Below are positions 1 through 10,085 of a stretch of DNA of 52,881 nt, piece after piece; positions within the stretch are counted from its first letter, which is position 1, and each line of letters starts with the position of its first letter. Both the position numbers and the translations under genes were made by a program. The notes under the pieces are model-generated. The model saw only the letters and a program-made list of their open reading frames with translations, was not told the origin of the DNA and made no database searches. Source of the DNA: Candidatus Omnitrophota bacterium (lineage in GTDB: Bacteria; Omnitrophota; Gorgyraeia; Gygaellales; Profunditerraquicolaceae); the NCBI GenBank assembly GCA_042577285.1, contig JBHPDM010000004.1:1-52881 (forward strand). The letters run 5' to 3'.

Positions 1-17
1 ACCGCATCAGCAGACAT
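1..17 (-). CDS. 5' start of an unknown gene running off the window (MSADA...)
   Basis: Minus strand reads AGGAGGACGGT-ATG TCT GCT GAT GCG, a strong Shine-Dalgarno followed by ATG at 17. Confidence 0.4.
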
Positions 18-186
18 ACCGTCCTCCTATTGGCAAGAAACGATCAGTTAGAAATATGTTCTCCGAGAACAGACAATAAACGAAACCCTGCCTCACTGCA
101 GATATTTGATGATCTCCTACCGGCGCGTCTTTGCACCAATAAGCATGGGTTTTCAGGGTTTAGGCGGGATACAACGTTGTATCTTC

Positions 187-1479
187 CTATAAACCTAGTC
201 TCCTAAAGATCCTGTTCGTGTTGCGCAAATAATAATCCAGGTCAAAGATCTTCTCTATCTCTTTAGGCTTAAGGTAACGGGTGACTTTTTTATCCTTCAG
301 GAGATTATTCTTGTAATCTGAACCTTCCCTCCAGCTCTTCATCGCGCAGCCCTGAACAAGGTCATAGGCCTTGGCGCGAGGCAGGCCTTTATTCATCAGC
401 TCCACAAGCACTCTCTGCGAAAAGATCAACCCGTGCGTACGCACCAGATTGCTTAGCATATTATCCGGATAAACCATCAGCCCGCTGACCACCTCGATGA
501 ATTTATTAAGCATATAGTACAAAGCAAGAGTGGAGTCAGGAATGATCACCCGCTCGACTGAAGAATGGCTGATGTCACGCTCATGCCACAGGGAGACGTT
601 CTCCATCGCCGCTAAAGCATTAGCTCTTAAGATACGGCTCAGGCCGCAGATACGCTCGCAGATCACCGGGTTGCGCTTATGGGGCATGGCCGATGAACCC
701 TTCTGCCCCTTCCTAAAAGGCTCCTCTACCTCCAGGACCTCCGTCCTCTGCAGATGCCTGATCTCAGTAGCGAATTTCTCAAGCGAGGCCCCGATTATCG
801 CCAATGTCGCAAGATATTGTGCATGGACATCCCTCTGGATTACCTGCGTTGAGATCCTGGCCGCTTTTAGGCCGAGTTTATCGCAGACGTAGAGTTCGAC
901 CCGGGGATCGATATTTGAATAAGTTCCTACTGCGCCTGAGATCTTACCGACTGAAACCGCCTCCCTTGCCTGTTCCAAACGGACCAGGTTGCGCCTTGTC
1001 TCATCGTACCAGAGCGCAAGCTTCAGGCCAAATGTCATGGGTTCAGCATGGATGCCGTGGGTGCGGCCGATACAAACCATATCTTTATATCTTTTGGCTT
1101 TCTTAGCTAGTAAGTTGGAAACCTTAAGCAAAGAGCCCTGCAATAGGCGAGAAGCTTCCTTTAATTGTACACCGAGTGTTGTATCGAGGATATCTGAAGA
1201 GGTAAGCCCTAAATGCAGGTATTTAGCGTCCGACCCTATATTTTGTGCCACACAATTGACAAAAGCCACTACATCATGTTGTGTCCTGGCTTCTATTTTT
1301 TTGATCTTATCGATATTGAAACGGGCTTTTTTCTTGATCCGGCGCAGGGATTCCCTTGGTACCTTCTTCTGTTTAGCGAGGGCTTCTAGGGCTAGTATCT
1401 CGACCTGCAGCATGGTCTTAAACTTAAACTCATCCTGCCAGATCCGGGACATTTCAGGTAGGCTATAGCGTTCGATCAT
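187..1479 (-). CDS. purB: Adenylosuccinate lyase
   Basis: MIERYS N-terminus, GRTHG motif and fumarase-family signature SSAMPHKRNP; RBS AAGGAG upstream. Confidence 0.97.
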   Translation of the reverse strand: MIERYSLPEMSRIWQDEFKFKTMLQVEILALEALAKQKKVPRESLRRIKKKARFNIDKIKKIEARTQHDVVAFVNCVAQNIGSDAKYLHLGLTSSDILDTTLGVQLKEASRLLQGSLLKVSNLLAKKAKRYKDMVCIGRTHGIHAEPMTFGLKLALWYDETRRNLVRLEQAREAVSVGKISGAVGTYSNIDPRVELYVCDKLGLKAARISTQVIQRDVHAQYLATLAIIGASLEKFATEIRHLQRTEVLEVEEPFRKGQKGSSAMPHKRNPVICERICGLSRILRANALAAMENVSLWHERDISHSSVERVIIPDSTLALYYMLNKFIEVVSGLMVYPDNMLSNLVRTHGLIFSQRVLVELMNKGLPRAKAYDLVQGCAMKSWREGSDYKNNLLKDKKVTRYLKPKEIEKIFDLDYYLRNTNRIFRRLGL

Positions 1480-1512
1480 GGAGAGCTCCTTGCCATATTT
1501 CGCGGAAGCCCT

Positions 1513-1540
1513 ATTATAGCAGAAATCTAAGGTTTGGCAA
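1513..1540 (-). promoter_or_regulatory. Sigma70-type promoter of purB
   Basis: TTGCCA-N16-TATAAT with TG at the extended -10 position. Confidence 0.65.
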
Positions 1541-1571
1541 ATAAAAAAACCGCCGCAAGATGCGGCGGTTT
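1541..1571 (-). terminator. Intrinsic terminator after tRNA-Met
   Basis: AAACCGCCGCA/TGCGGCGGTTT stem with a 3-nt loop, followed by a T-run on the minus strand. Confidence 0.85.
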
Positions 1572-1574
1572 AAG

Positions 1575-1651
1575 TGGTTGCGGGGGGCAGATTTGAACTG
1601 CCGACCTTTAGGTTATGAGCCTAACGAGCTACCAGACTGCTCTACCCCGCG
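1575..1651 (-). tRNA. tRNA-fMet (CAT), initiator type
   Basis: 77-nt cloverleaf with CAT anticodon, C1xA72 mismatch, A11-U24 pair and encoded CCA. The anticodon stem is TTAGG/CCTAA. Confidence 0.93.
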
Positions 1652-1703
1652 ATATCTATAATAAGAAAGAGTGAAATTATTATACCACCTAAATTACAAG
1701 AAT

Positions 1704-3313
<1,610 letters not shown>

Positions 3314-3346
3314 GAATCGCTATAGCGCGCCTGCAGGAAATAGAAA

Positions 3347-3375
3347 TTGACTGCAACCGCCTTCTATGTTATTCT
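3347..3375 (+). promoter_or_regulatory. Sigma70-type promoter of ftsH, divergent from eno
   Basis: TTGACT-N17-TATTCT with extended -10 TG. Confidence 0.6.
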
Positions 3376-3394
3376 TGACGATAGAGGAGGAACT

Positions 3395-5092
3395 ATGAAC
3401 TCAAGAAAAATCAAACTCTTCATAAAATTCCACTGGATCACTATCTCTATATCAATATTCGCCCTACTTGTCGTTATTTCTTTATTCATCTTCCTGCGCA
3501 ACGCAATTATCGCCTGGACTACCTCTGAATCTTATGTGAAAAAGGCAGCCCTTGCTCAATACGCCTTGTTTTTCTATATTATCCTCGTGGTCCAGCTGAT
3601 CAGCTTGCCCTTAAGCGGTGCTCTCTGGATGTGGATCATGCGCGGCGGGTTTTCGAAATTTGCGCGCTTGCAAAAAAAAGCGGTCGAAGGAAAGGATATC
3701 GGCATCCACTGGGATGATGTCATCGGCATGGAGGAGGCTAAGCAGGAATCCCTGGAAGTAGTCCGCCTGATCACCGACCGGGCACAACTGCAGCGGATCG
3801 GTGGAAAGATCTTAAAAGGCATATTGATGCTGGGCCCGCCGGGCTGCGGCAAGACTTATCTGGCGAAGGCGATATCTACCGAGGCAGGCTTACCATTTAT
3901 TTCGATGTCCGGATCGGAGTTTATCGAGATGTTCGTCGGGGTAGGGGCAAGCCGTATCCGCAAGCTCTTTAAACAGGCACAGCAATTAGCCTACTCAGAT
4001 GGCGGATGCATCATCTTTATCGATGAGCTGGATGCCGTAGGGGCGCAGCGTGCGGCTGACCGCGGTTTCGGCGGCCAGAGGGAATCTAATACTACGCTTA
4101 ACCAGCTGCTTATAGAGATGGACGGCCTGAAAGAGAAAGATTACAACATCGTGGTGATCGGAGCGACCAATGCTCCGGAGGGATTCCTGGATCAGGCGCT
4201 GCTTCGCCCGGGCAGATTCGACCGTAAGATCTATGTCCAGCGCCCCAACCTGGAGGAGAGAGAAAAACTAATCGCCTATTACCTAAAAGGAGTAAAATAC
4301 GATCCCTCGCTGGACTACAAAAGGCTGGCCAGGCTTACCGTAGGAAGCACTCCTGCGGATATCGCAAACCTGGTCAAGGAAGCGGCGCTGATCGCCATAC
4401 GTAATAAGAAAGAATCGATCTCAATGGCGGAGATCTCAGAGGCATACGACCGGGTGGAAATGGGCATAAAGCACAAGGTGGTATTCGATCCGAAGCAGAA
4501 AGAAAAAGTCGCTTATCATGAAGCGGGACACGCCATCGCCATGTATCTTCTTGCTCCGCACGTAGATGTATTTAAAGCCACGCTGTTTGAGCGCGGCGGC
4601 GCCCTGGGATTTGTCCGTCCGCAATTGCGCGAAGATACCCATGTTCTCACTAAAGACTACTATCTCGGGCAGATAAAAACATTCCTCGGTTCCTATGCAG
4701 CAGAAAGAATAAAGTTTAACACCACCACCTCCGGCGTGAGCATGGATTTTACTTATGCCATGCGCACCGCCCACAGAATGGTCTGGGAGTGGGGAATGGG
4801 TAAATCGGGACTTATCGGAAACTACAGCATGTTAGAAAAGATGCCTTCCGATGCCGGCGTATTCAGGGGGGAATCTGCTTCCTTTGTCTCGGAAAAGATC
4901 AAAGAGCGTTTAAATAATGACGTAGACGAAATAATGCAGGAATGCCTTAAAGAGGCTGAAGGACTTTTAGTCAAAGAATCGGCCCTGCTTGAGCGATTTG
5001 CAAAGGAACTTATCCTGAAAGAAGAACTAAATTACGATGAGATCGAAGCAATCTTTAAGGAATTCGGCAAGGTCCGCCCTCCTCTTCTTTAG
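3395..5092 (+). CDS. ftsH: FtsH-family AAA+ zinc metalloprotease with two adjacent TMs and almost no periplasmic domain
   Basis: Walker A GPPGCGKT, Walker [22 protein letters not shown] and HEAGH zinc motif; GAGGAGG RBS before ATG 3395. Confidence 0.92.
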   Translation: MNSRKIKLFIKFHWITISISIFALLVVISLFIFLRNAIIAWTTSESYVKKAALAQYALFFYIILVVQLISLPLSGALWMWIMRGGFSKFARLQKKAVEGKDIGIHWDDVIGMEEAKQESLEVVRLITDRAQLQRIGGKILKGILMLGPPGCGKTYLAKAISTEAGLPFISMSGSEFIEMFVGVGASRIRKLFKQAQQLAYSDGGCIIFIDELDAVGAQRAADRGFGGQRESNTTLNQLLIEMDGLKEKDYNIVVIGATNAPEGFLDQALLRPGRFDRKIYVQRPNLEEREKLIAYYLKGVKYDPSLDYKRLARLTVGSTPADIANLVKEAALIAIRNKKESISMAEISEAYDRVEMGIKHKVVFDPKQKEKVAYHEAGHAIAMYLLAPHVDVFKATLFERGGALGFVRPQLREDTHVLTKDYYLGQIKTFLGSYAAERIKFNTTTSGVSMDFTYAMRTAHRMVWEWGMGKSGLIGNYSMLEKMPSDAGVFRGESASFVSEKIKERLNNDVDEIMQECLKEAEGLLVKESALLERFAKELILKEELNYDEIEAIFKEFGKVRPPLL

Positions 5093-5900
5093 TCTTTTCG
5101 CTCTTTTAAGTCTCGCCGGATGTGAATACCGGATAGAGCCTACCTATAAAGAGAAAGATATCCCCCGGATCATCAAGAATATCTGCCAAGACGAGCTTGG
5201 CCTTGAAGTGGTCACTAAAAGGACGCATAATACGCTCTGGGTATATGCGCCGATGGCTAAGATACTGCATGAAGAATACGGCATAAAAGAAAATAAGTTT
5301 TTCGATGAGGGAATGTCGGAAAGGCTAAGGAATATCCTGATGACTATCGGCCGGGTGCTGATGAGCTCCGATAACGCACCGGAATTTTATGCGATCCTCG
5401 CCTCTGATATAAACTTAGGCATTGATTATACGATGATCGGATATCTCCTGGACCTGAAAAAATCATACGCCCAGGCGATACACTGGATGGAGGCGAACCG
5501 CAGGTATGTGATCAAGTTGGATGTCGCTCCTGATGCGATCGCAGATACTACGGGTGAGCACCTTAAGGCGTTTGATATAAAATTTACGGATTTTCTGGCT
5601 GCGCAGATCGGCCAAAGGATAGGCGCTAAATTCCAGGATGAGAATTGGAAGAATTATTTTTTAGTAGAGAAGACCGAAGGCCGGTTCTCTGAAGGAGTTT
5701 TTTCAATAGAATACTCTATTTCTCTGGTATCCCCCCTACAGCAAGAGATAGATATCAAAGAGGAAATATTAAATATAGTGACTTATTGTATAATGACTTA
5801 CGGATTTGAGGATTTCTCGCGGGTGGAATTGACCGATCTTCACAACGACGACCTGCTGATCCTGGGGAAGGATGCGATCATGACAAGACCTATGCCTTAA
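5037..5900 (+). CDS. Hypothetical lipoprotein
   Basis: 287-aa ORF with a basic N-terminus, hydrophobic stretch and lipobox LAGC; overlaps the end of ftsH by 56 nt. Confidence 0.7.
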   Translation: MRSKQSLRNSARSALLFFSLFALLSLAGCEYRIEPTYKEKDIPRIIKNICQDELGLEVVTKRTHNTLWVYAPMAKILHEEYGIKENKFFDEGMSERLRNILMTIGRVLMSSDNAPEFYAILASDINLGIDYTMIGYLLDLKKSYAQAIHWMEANRRYVIKLDVAPDAIADTTGEHLKAFDIKFTDFLAAQIGQRIGAKFQDENWKNYFLVEKTEGRFSEGVFSIEYSISLVSPLQQEIDIKEEILNIVTYCIMTYGFEDFSRVELTDLHNDDLLILGKDAIMTRPMP

Positions 5901-6495
5901 GGATCTTTACCCTTCTTGCTTCGATCTTCAGCCTGCCTTCTAAAAATAAACTTATCGCCTCAGGGTAAATCTTATGCTCGAGCTTATGGATCTTTGCCTC
6001 AAGGGTCTCTAGGGTATCATCTTCTTCGATCTTAACCTGCGCCTGCAGGATTATCGGCCCGTGGTCCATCTCTGCATCCACAAAGTGTACGGTAACACCC
6101 GTAATCTTTAATCCGTAGTCAAAGGCATCCTTTATCCCGTGTTCACCCTTAAACGAAGGAAGTATAGTCGGGTGGATATTCAGGATCTTATCTTTGTAGG
6201 CACTCACTAACTTAGGGCCGAGTATGCGCATAAAACCGGCCAGAACAATCAGGTCGATCTGATTCTCCGTCAAATGCTGAATGATCTTCTCTTCGAATTC
6301 ATCTTTGCCGGAAAAGTCATCCCTCTGGACTAAAACTACCTTCACTCCGGCTCTCTTTGCTCTGCCGATCACCCCGGCCTTAGGGTTATCGCAAACTAAC
6401 AAGGCCAAATCAGCCTTGACCTTCCCCTTCTTGACCGCCCTGCTGATCGCGCTGAAATTTGTCCCTCGCCCAGATGCGAAGACTGCTATTTTCAT
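5890..6495 (-). CDS. purN: Phosphoribosylglycinamide formyltransferase
   Basis: MKIAVFASGRGTN, LAGFMRIL, NIHP and GVTVHFVD...DHGPII motifs. Confidence 0.97.
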   Translation of the reverse strand: MKIAVFASGRGTNFSAISRAVKKGKVKADLALLVCDNPKAGVIGRAKRAGVKVVLVQRDDFSGKDEFEEKIIQHLTENQIDLIVLAGFMRILGPKLVSAYKDKILNIHPTILPSFKGEHGIKDAFDYGLKITGVTVHFVDAEMDHGPIILQAQVKIEEDDTLETLEAKIHKLEHKIYPEAISLFLEGRLKIEARRVKILKA

Positions 6496-6657
6496 ATCAA
6501 CCAACTCTTTCTATGTGGGCTCGGGATAAACCATGCAATTGATAGAAATGGTTTAATCCCTCGTCCGGAAGCGAAAACTGCTATTTTCATATCAACCAAC
6601 TCTTTCTATGTGGGCTCGGGATAAGCCATGCAACTTATAGAAATGGCTTAATCCCTC
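6462..6657. repeat. Diverged tandem duplication with a 95-bp period (6462-6562 and 6557-6657) covering the rnfB-purN spacer and the first 11 purN codons
   Basis: Direct alignment shows 8 differences per 95-bp unit; TCCCTC microhomology at the junctions. Confidence 0.93.
6492..6590 (-). CDS. 32-aa upstream ORF created by the duplication (MKIAVFASGRGIKPFLSIAWFIPSPHRKSWLI)
   Basis: The first 11 residues are identical to PurN, and its TGA overlaps the purN ATG (ATGA). Translation is not demonstrated. Confidence 0.45.
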   Translation of the reverse strand: MKIAVFASGRGIKPFLSIAWFIPSPHRKSWLI

Positions 6658-7436
6658 TGCCTGATGCATTTTGTAGGACAGACCTTCACGCATTCACCGC
6701 ACGAAGTACACTTATTATAATCTATTACCGCCAGATTATCAATAACATGTATAGCGTCAAACTTGCATGCCCTCTCGCATAATGTGCAGGCGATGCAGCC
6801 TACCGGACAGACTGCCTTTACCTCTTTCCCCAAATCCTGCGATTTGCAGGCGACAAATACCCTCCCGGTTACCGGAACCAGACTGAATAATTTCTTGGGG
6901 CAAGCTTCAACGCATTTATTGCAAGCCTTGCATTTGATTTCATCTACGGCCGGTAGGCCCTGATCAGACATCTTGATCGCGCCAAAGGGGCACACTCTTT
7001 CGCAAGTCCCAAAACCAAGACAGCCAAAAATACACTCCTTCTGGCCTCCTAAAAGCAGGTGCGCGGCGGTACAATCTTCTATTCCCCGGTAAAAGAACCG
7101 ATCCTTCACCTTGCTGCCGCCATTGCAATGCAGTACCGCAAGCTTCTTTACCTGTTTTTCAAGCGACTTACCTAATAACTGCGCGATCTTATGCTTTGCG
7201 TCCTCTTCACAGACCCTGCAGGCATCGATCACCGCTTTATCGCCGATCAGGGACTCGGCAAAACCGATGCATCCGGCGCAGCCGCAGGCGCCGCAATTTG
7301 AACCGGGAAGCAGGTCCTGCAGCTTGGCAAGGCGCGGATCAGTCTTAACCGCTAGCTTCCGGGAAGCAACGCTTAAGCTGACAGCAAATAAAACGCCTAA
7401 AAATCCGAGACTTAATATTGGAATTAATATATCCAT
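6648..7436 (-). CDS. rnfB: Rnf complex subunit B (FeS/polyferredoxin)
   Basis: N-terminal TM, LPGSNCGACG motif and several CxxCxxCxxxCP clusters. Confidence 0.95.
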   Translation of the reverse strand: MDILIPILSLGFLGVLFAVSLSVASRKLAVKTDPRLAKLQDLLPGSNCGACGCAGCIGFAESLIGDKAVIDACRVCEEDAKHKIAQLLGKSLEKQVKKLAVLHCNGGSKVKDRFFYRGIEDCTAAHLLLGGQKECIFGCLGFGTCERVCPFGAIKMSDQGLPAVDEIKCKACNKCVEACPKKLFSLVPVTGRVFVACKSQDLGKEVKAVCPVGCIACTLCERACKFDAIHVIDNLAVIDYNKCTSCGECVKVCPTKCIRQRD

Positions 7437-7437
7437 A

Positions 7438-8046
7438 TTAGAACTTGAATCCGTTAAATCCTAAGAAACTTAAGCCCATAAGTGCAGCAATAATGAAAGC
7501 GATCGGCGCGTCTTTGATTGCTTTGGGGATATTGCAAAAGTCCAGCCTCTCCCTGATCCCTGACATCAGTAGCATCGCCAGGGTAAAACCTATCCCCACG
7601 CAAACCCCCTGGAAAAGCGAATAGACAAAACTTCCCGCTAATGGCTTACTCCCCTTAAAGAACATATCTGAATTCAGGACTGCAACGCCCATCACAGCGC
7701 AATTTGTGGTGATCAATGCCAGATATATCCCGAAAAACCTGTGCATCGCCGGGCTTACCTTCCTGATCACCATCTCCACGAATTGTACGAAGGTAGCGAT
7801 CACCAGGATAAAAGATACAGTACGCAAATACTCCATATGGAAAGGGATCAAAAGGAACCTATAGATAAACCAGGTGATCATTGAGGACATCGTGATCACA
7901 AATGTAACCGCCAGGCTCATCGCCAGCGCCGGCTTAGTCTGTTTTGATATGGCGATAAATGGACACAGGCCTAAGAAACGCGAGAGGATTACATTGTTGA
8001 TAAAAACAGCTGAAATGAATATTGTAAGAAATTGCGCGATGCTCAT
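7438..8046 (-). CDS. rnfA: Rnf complex subunit A
   Basis: NNVILSRFLGLCPF and LITTNCAVMG motifs. Confidence 0.95.
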   Translation of the reverse strand: MSIAQFLTIFISAVFINNVILSRFLGLCPFIAISKQTKPALAMSLAVTFVITMSSMITWFIYRFLLIPFHMEYLRTVSFILVIATFVQFVEMVIRKVSPAMHRFFGIYLALITTNCAVMGVAVLNSDMFFKGSKPLAGSFVYSLFQGVCVGIGFTLAMLLMSGIRERLDFCNIPKAIKDAPIAFIIAALMGLSFLGFNGFKF

Positions 8047-8636
8047 GCTCTCCTACTCCTTAGTAAGTTAAAGAAACCTACTAGCAAACCGATCACCAAT
8101 AGGGCGCCTGCGGGCATGGCAAAAACGGATATCGGCTCAAAGCCCTTGATCAATGTAAACCCTAAGATCTTTCCTGAACCGAGGAATTCCCTTATTGCAG
8201 AGATCAAGATCAGGGCCAGAGAGAAACCTATCCCCATCCCTAAGCCGTCAAGTAAAGAATTTAAAAGCGAGTGCCTTGAGGCATAGGCTTCTGCGCGGGC
8301 CAGGACAATACAATTGACCACGATCAAAGGCACATATATCCCCAGGGCGCGGTTTAATGCCGGGCTATAAGCCTTAAGCATAAACTCTGCGATCGTGACA
8401 AAGGTAGCGATCACCACGATAAAACAGGGGATTCTGATCTTGTGAGGGATTACTCTTCTGATCGCGGAGACGATCAGATTGGAACCAATGATCACAAAGG
8501 TCGCGGCAAGCCCCATGCCGATGCCGTTGACCACGCTTACTGAAACCGCAAGTGTCGGACAAAGCCCGAGCAATAAAACAAAGGTGGGATTCTCTCTAAT
8601 GATCCCTTTTAAGAATTCATTAAATAATTTCTTCAT
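8043..8636 (-). CDS. rnfE: Rnf complex subunit E
   Basis: ENPTFVLLLGLCPTLA and PLIVVNCIVLARAE motifs. Confidence 0.95.
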   Translation of the reverse strand: MKKLFNEFLKGIIRENPTFVLLLGLCPTLAVSVSVVNGIGMGLAATFVIIGSNLIVSAIRRVIPHKIRIPCFIVVIATFVTIAEFMLKAYSPALNRALGIYVPLIVVNCIVLARAEAYASRHSLLNSLLDGLGMGIGFSLALILISAIREFLGSGKILGFTLIKGFEPISVFAMPAGALLVIGLLVGFFNLLRSRRA

Positions 8637-9574
8637 CTTTTTCCGTAAACTCTGGGCTTTGTATAACGGTCGATTATAGGAGTAGCCGCATTCATCATCA
8701 GGATCGCGTATGAGACGCCCTCAGGATAACCTCCCCAAATCCGGATGATCGCCGTAAGCAGGCCGCATCCGATGCCAAATATGATCTGTCCCTTCCTTGT
8801 CAAAGGGCAGGTGACATAATCCGTGGCCATAAAGAAAGCGCCCAAGATCAGGCCGCCGGTCAAAAGATGAAAGATCCAGTCACCGCTAAAATAGACATTG
8901 CCGCCAAAGATAAAAGTGAAGAGCCCGACGCTAAATATATATGTAAAAGGTACGTGCCAGGAGATGTAGCCCTTGATCAGAAGAAATAAGGCTCCTGCAA
9001 GAAGCGCGATAATGCAGACTTCACCGATACAGCCTCCCCTATTGCCTAAGAAGAGCTCCATGTATCCAAGATTCCCGATAGCGGCACCCTCCCTGGCTAA
9101 TGCAAGTGGCGTGGCAGAGGTCACGGCATCGTAACCAATAGGTGCGCTAAAATTAGTCATGTACTTTGGCCAGGAGGCCATCAGGAATACCCTGCCGACT
9201 AATGCCGGATTAAAGATGTTCTGTCCTAACCCGCCGAAGATCTGCTTTCCGATTGCTATGGCAAAGAAGGAACCGGCGATCGGCAGCCAGAAGGGGACCT
9301 GTGGAGGAAGATTATAGGCAAGCAGTAAGCCGGTAAGAAAGGCGCTCCCGTCAAAAGAAGTGACCTTTCTTTTCGTGGCAAGCTGTAATAGTGCCTCGGC
9401 AGCTAACGCTGAGATCACCCCTAAAACAATGACCTGCAGCGCATCTTTGCCGAAGATCCACACTCCTGCGGCGCCTGCCGGAATCAGACTGAGTGTCACC
9501 AGCCACATGATCTTACTCACGGATTCCGGCTTATGCAGGTGCGGAGAAGTTGCAACAATAAGTTTATCTACCAT
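8633..9574 (-). CDS. rnfD: Rnf complex subunit D
   Basis: SPH N-terminus, FGGLGQNIFNPA, SATPL FMN site, and FMATDYVTCP. Confidence 0.95.
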   Translation of the reverse strand: MVDKLIVATSPHLHKPESVSKIMWLVTLSLIPAGAAGVWIFGKDALQVIVLGVISALAAEALLQLATKRKVTSFDGSAFLTGLLLAYNLPPQVPFWLPIAGSFFAIAIGKQIFGGLGQNIFNPALVGRVFLMASWPKYMTNFSAPIGYDAVTSATPLALAREGAAIGNLGYMELFLGNRGGCIGEVCIIALLAGALFLLIKGYISWHVPFTYIFSVGLFTFIFGGNVYFSGDWIFHLLTGGLILGAFFMATDYVTCPLTRKGQIIFGIGCGLLTAIIRIWGGYPEGVSYAILMMNAATPIIDRYTKPRVYGKR

Positions 9575-10085
9575 CTCTGATCAGCTTTATTATTTGCGCG
9601 GATCTCTCTCTTATCGAATCTATCAGCGCGCTCGATGATATAGTCGCGCCGCTGATCGCCTCTACGCCTGAAAGCTGTGCCGCATCTCTTTCCTTAAACT
9701 GTTCCGTAAATCCAGGTTCAGTAACCCGGGAACCTAAACCAGGGGTCTCATTCTGACTCAATACCTTTATAGCTATGACCTTGCCACCCTTAGTCATCCC
9801 TACCATCGTTTCTATCACGCTGGAGTACCCCACAGCTTTCGCCTTGAAGGCTACTCCCGCAAGATCCCCCTTCTCGTCGTATGCCTTATAATAGACTAAA
9901 CCCTCTGCCTTAATTTCCTCAAAACGCCCTGCCTGCGGCACTACCTCTTTCAGGCTCTCCTCTTCTTCAGCCCTCGCCTGGGCGATGATCCTGGGTTTAG
10001 TCAAAAGATCTACGCCGCTTAAAAGGCCGGCAGAAATAACGCAGATTATCCCCAGGATAAAAGCATAACGAAGTATCTCCCTCAT
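9564..10085 (-). CDS. rnfG: Rnf complex subunit G
   Basis: N-terminal TM, ETPGLG and SGATISS FMN-binding motif. Confidence 0.93.
   Translation of the reverse strand: MREILRYAFILGIICVISAGLLSGVDLLTKPRIIAQARAEEEESLKEVVPQAGRFEEIKAEGLVYYKAYDEKGDLAGVAFKAKAVGYSSVIETMVGMTKGGKVIAIKVLSQNETPGLGSRVTEPGFTEQFKERDAAQLSGVEAISGATISSSALIDSIRERSAQIIKLIRDGR

Noticed and set aside
6492-6657. Known purine, ZTP or preQ1 riboswitch upstream of purN
   Set aside because: The conserved cores of those aptamers are not present; kept only as an unclassified structured element.
6462-6657. CRISPR array or integron attC sites
   Set aside because: Only two adjacent units, no unique spacers, and no RYYYAAC/GTTRRRY boxes.
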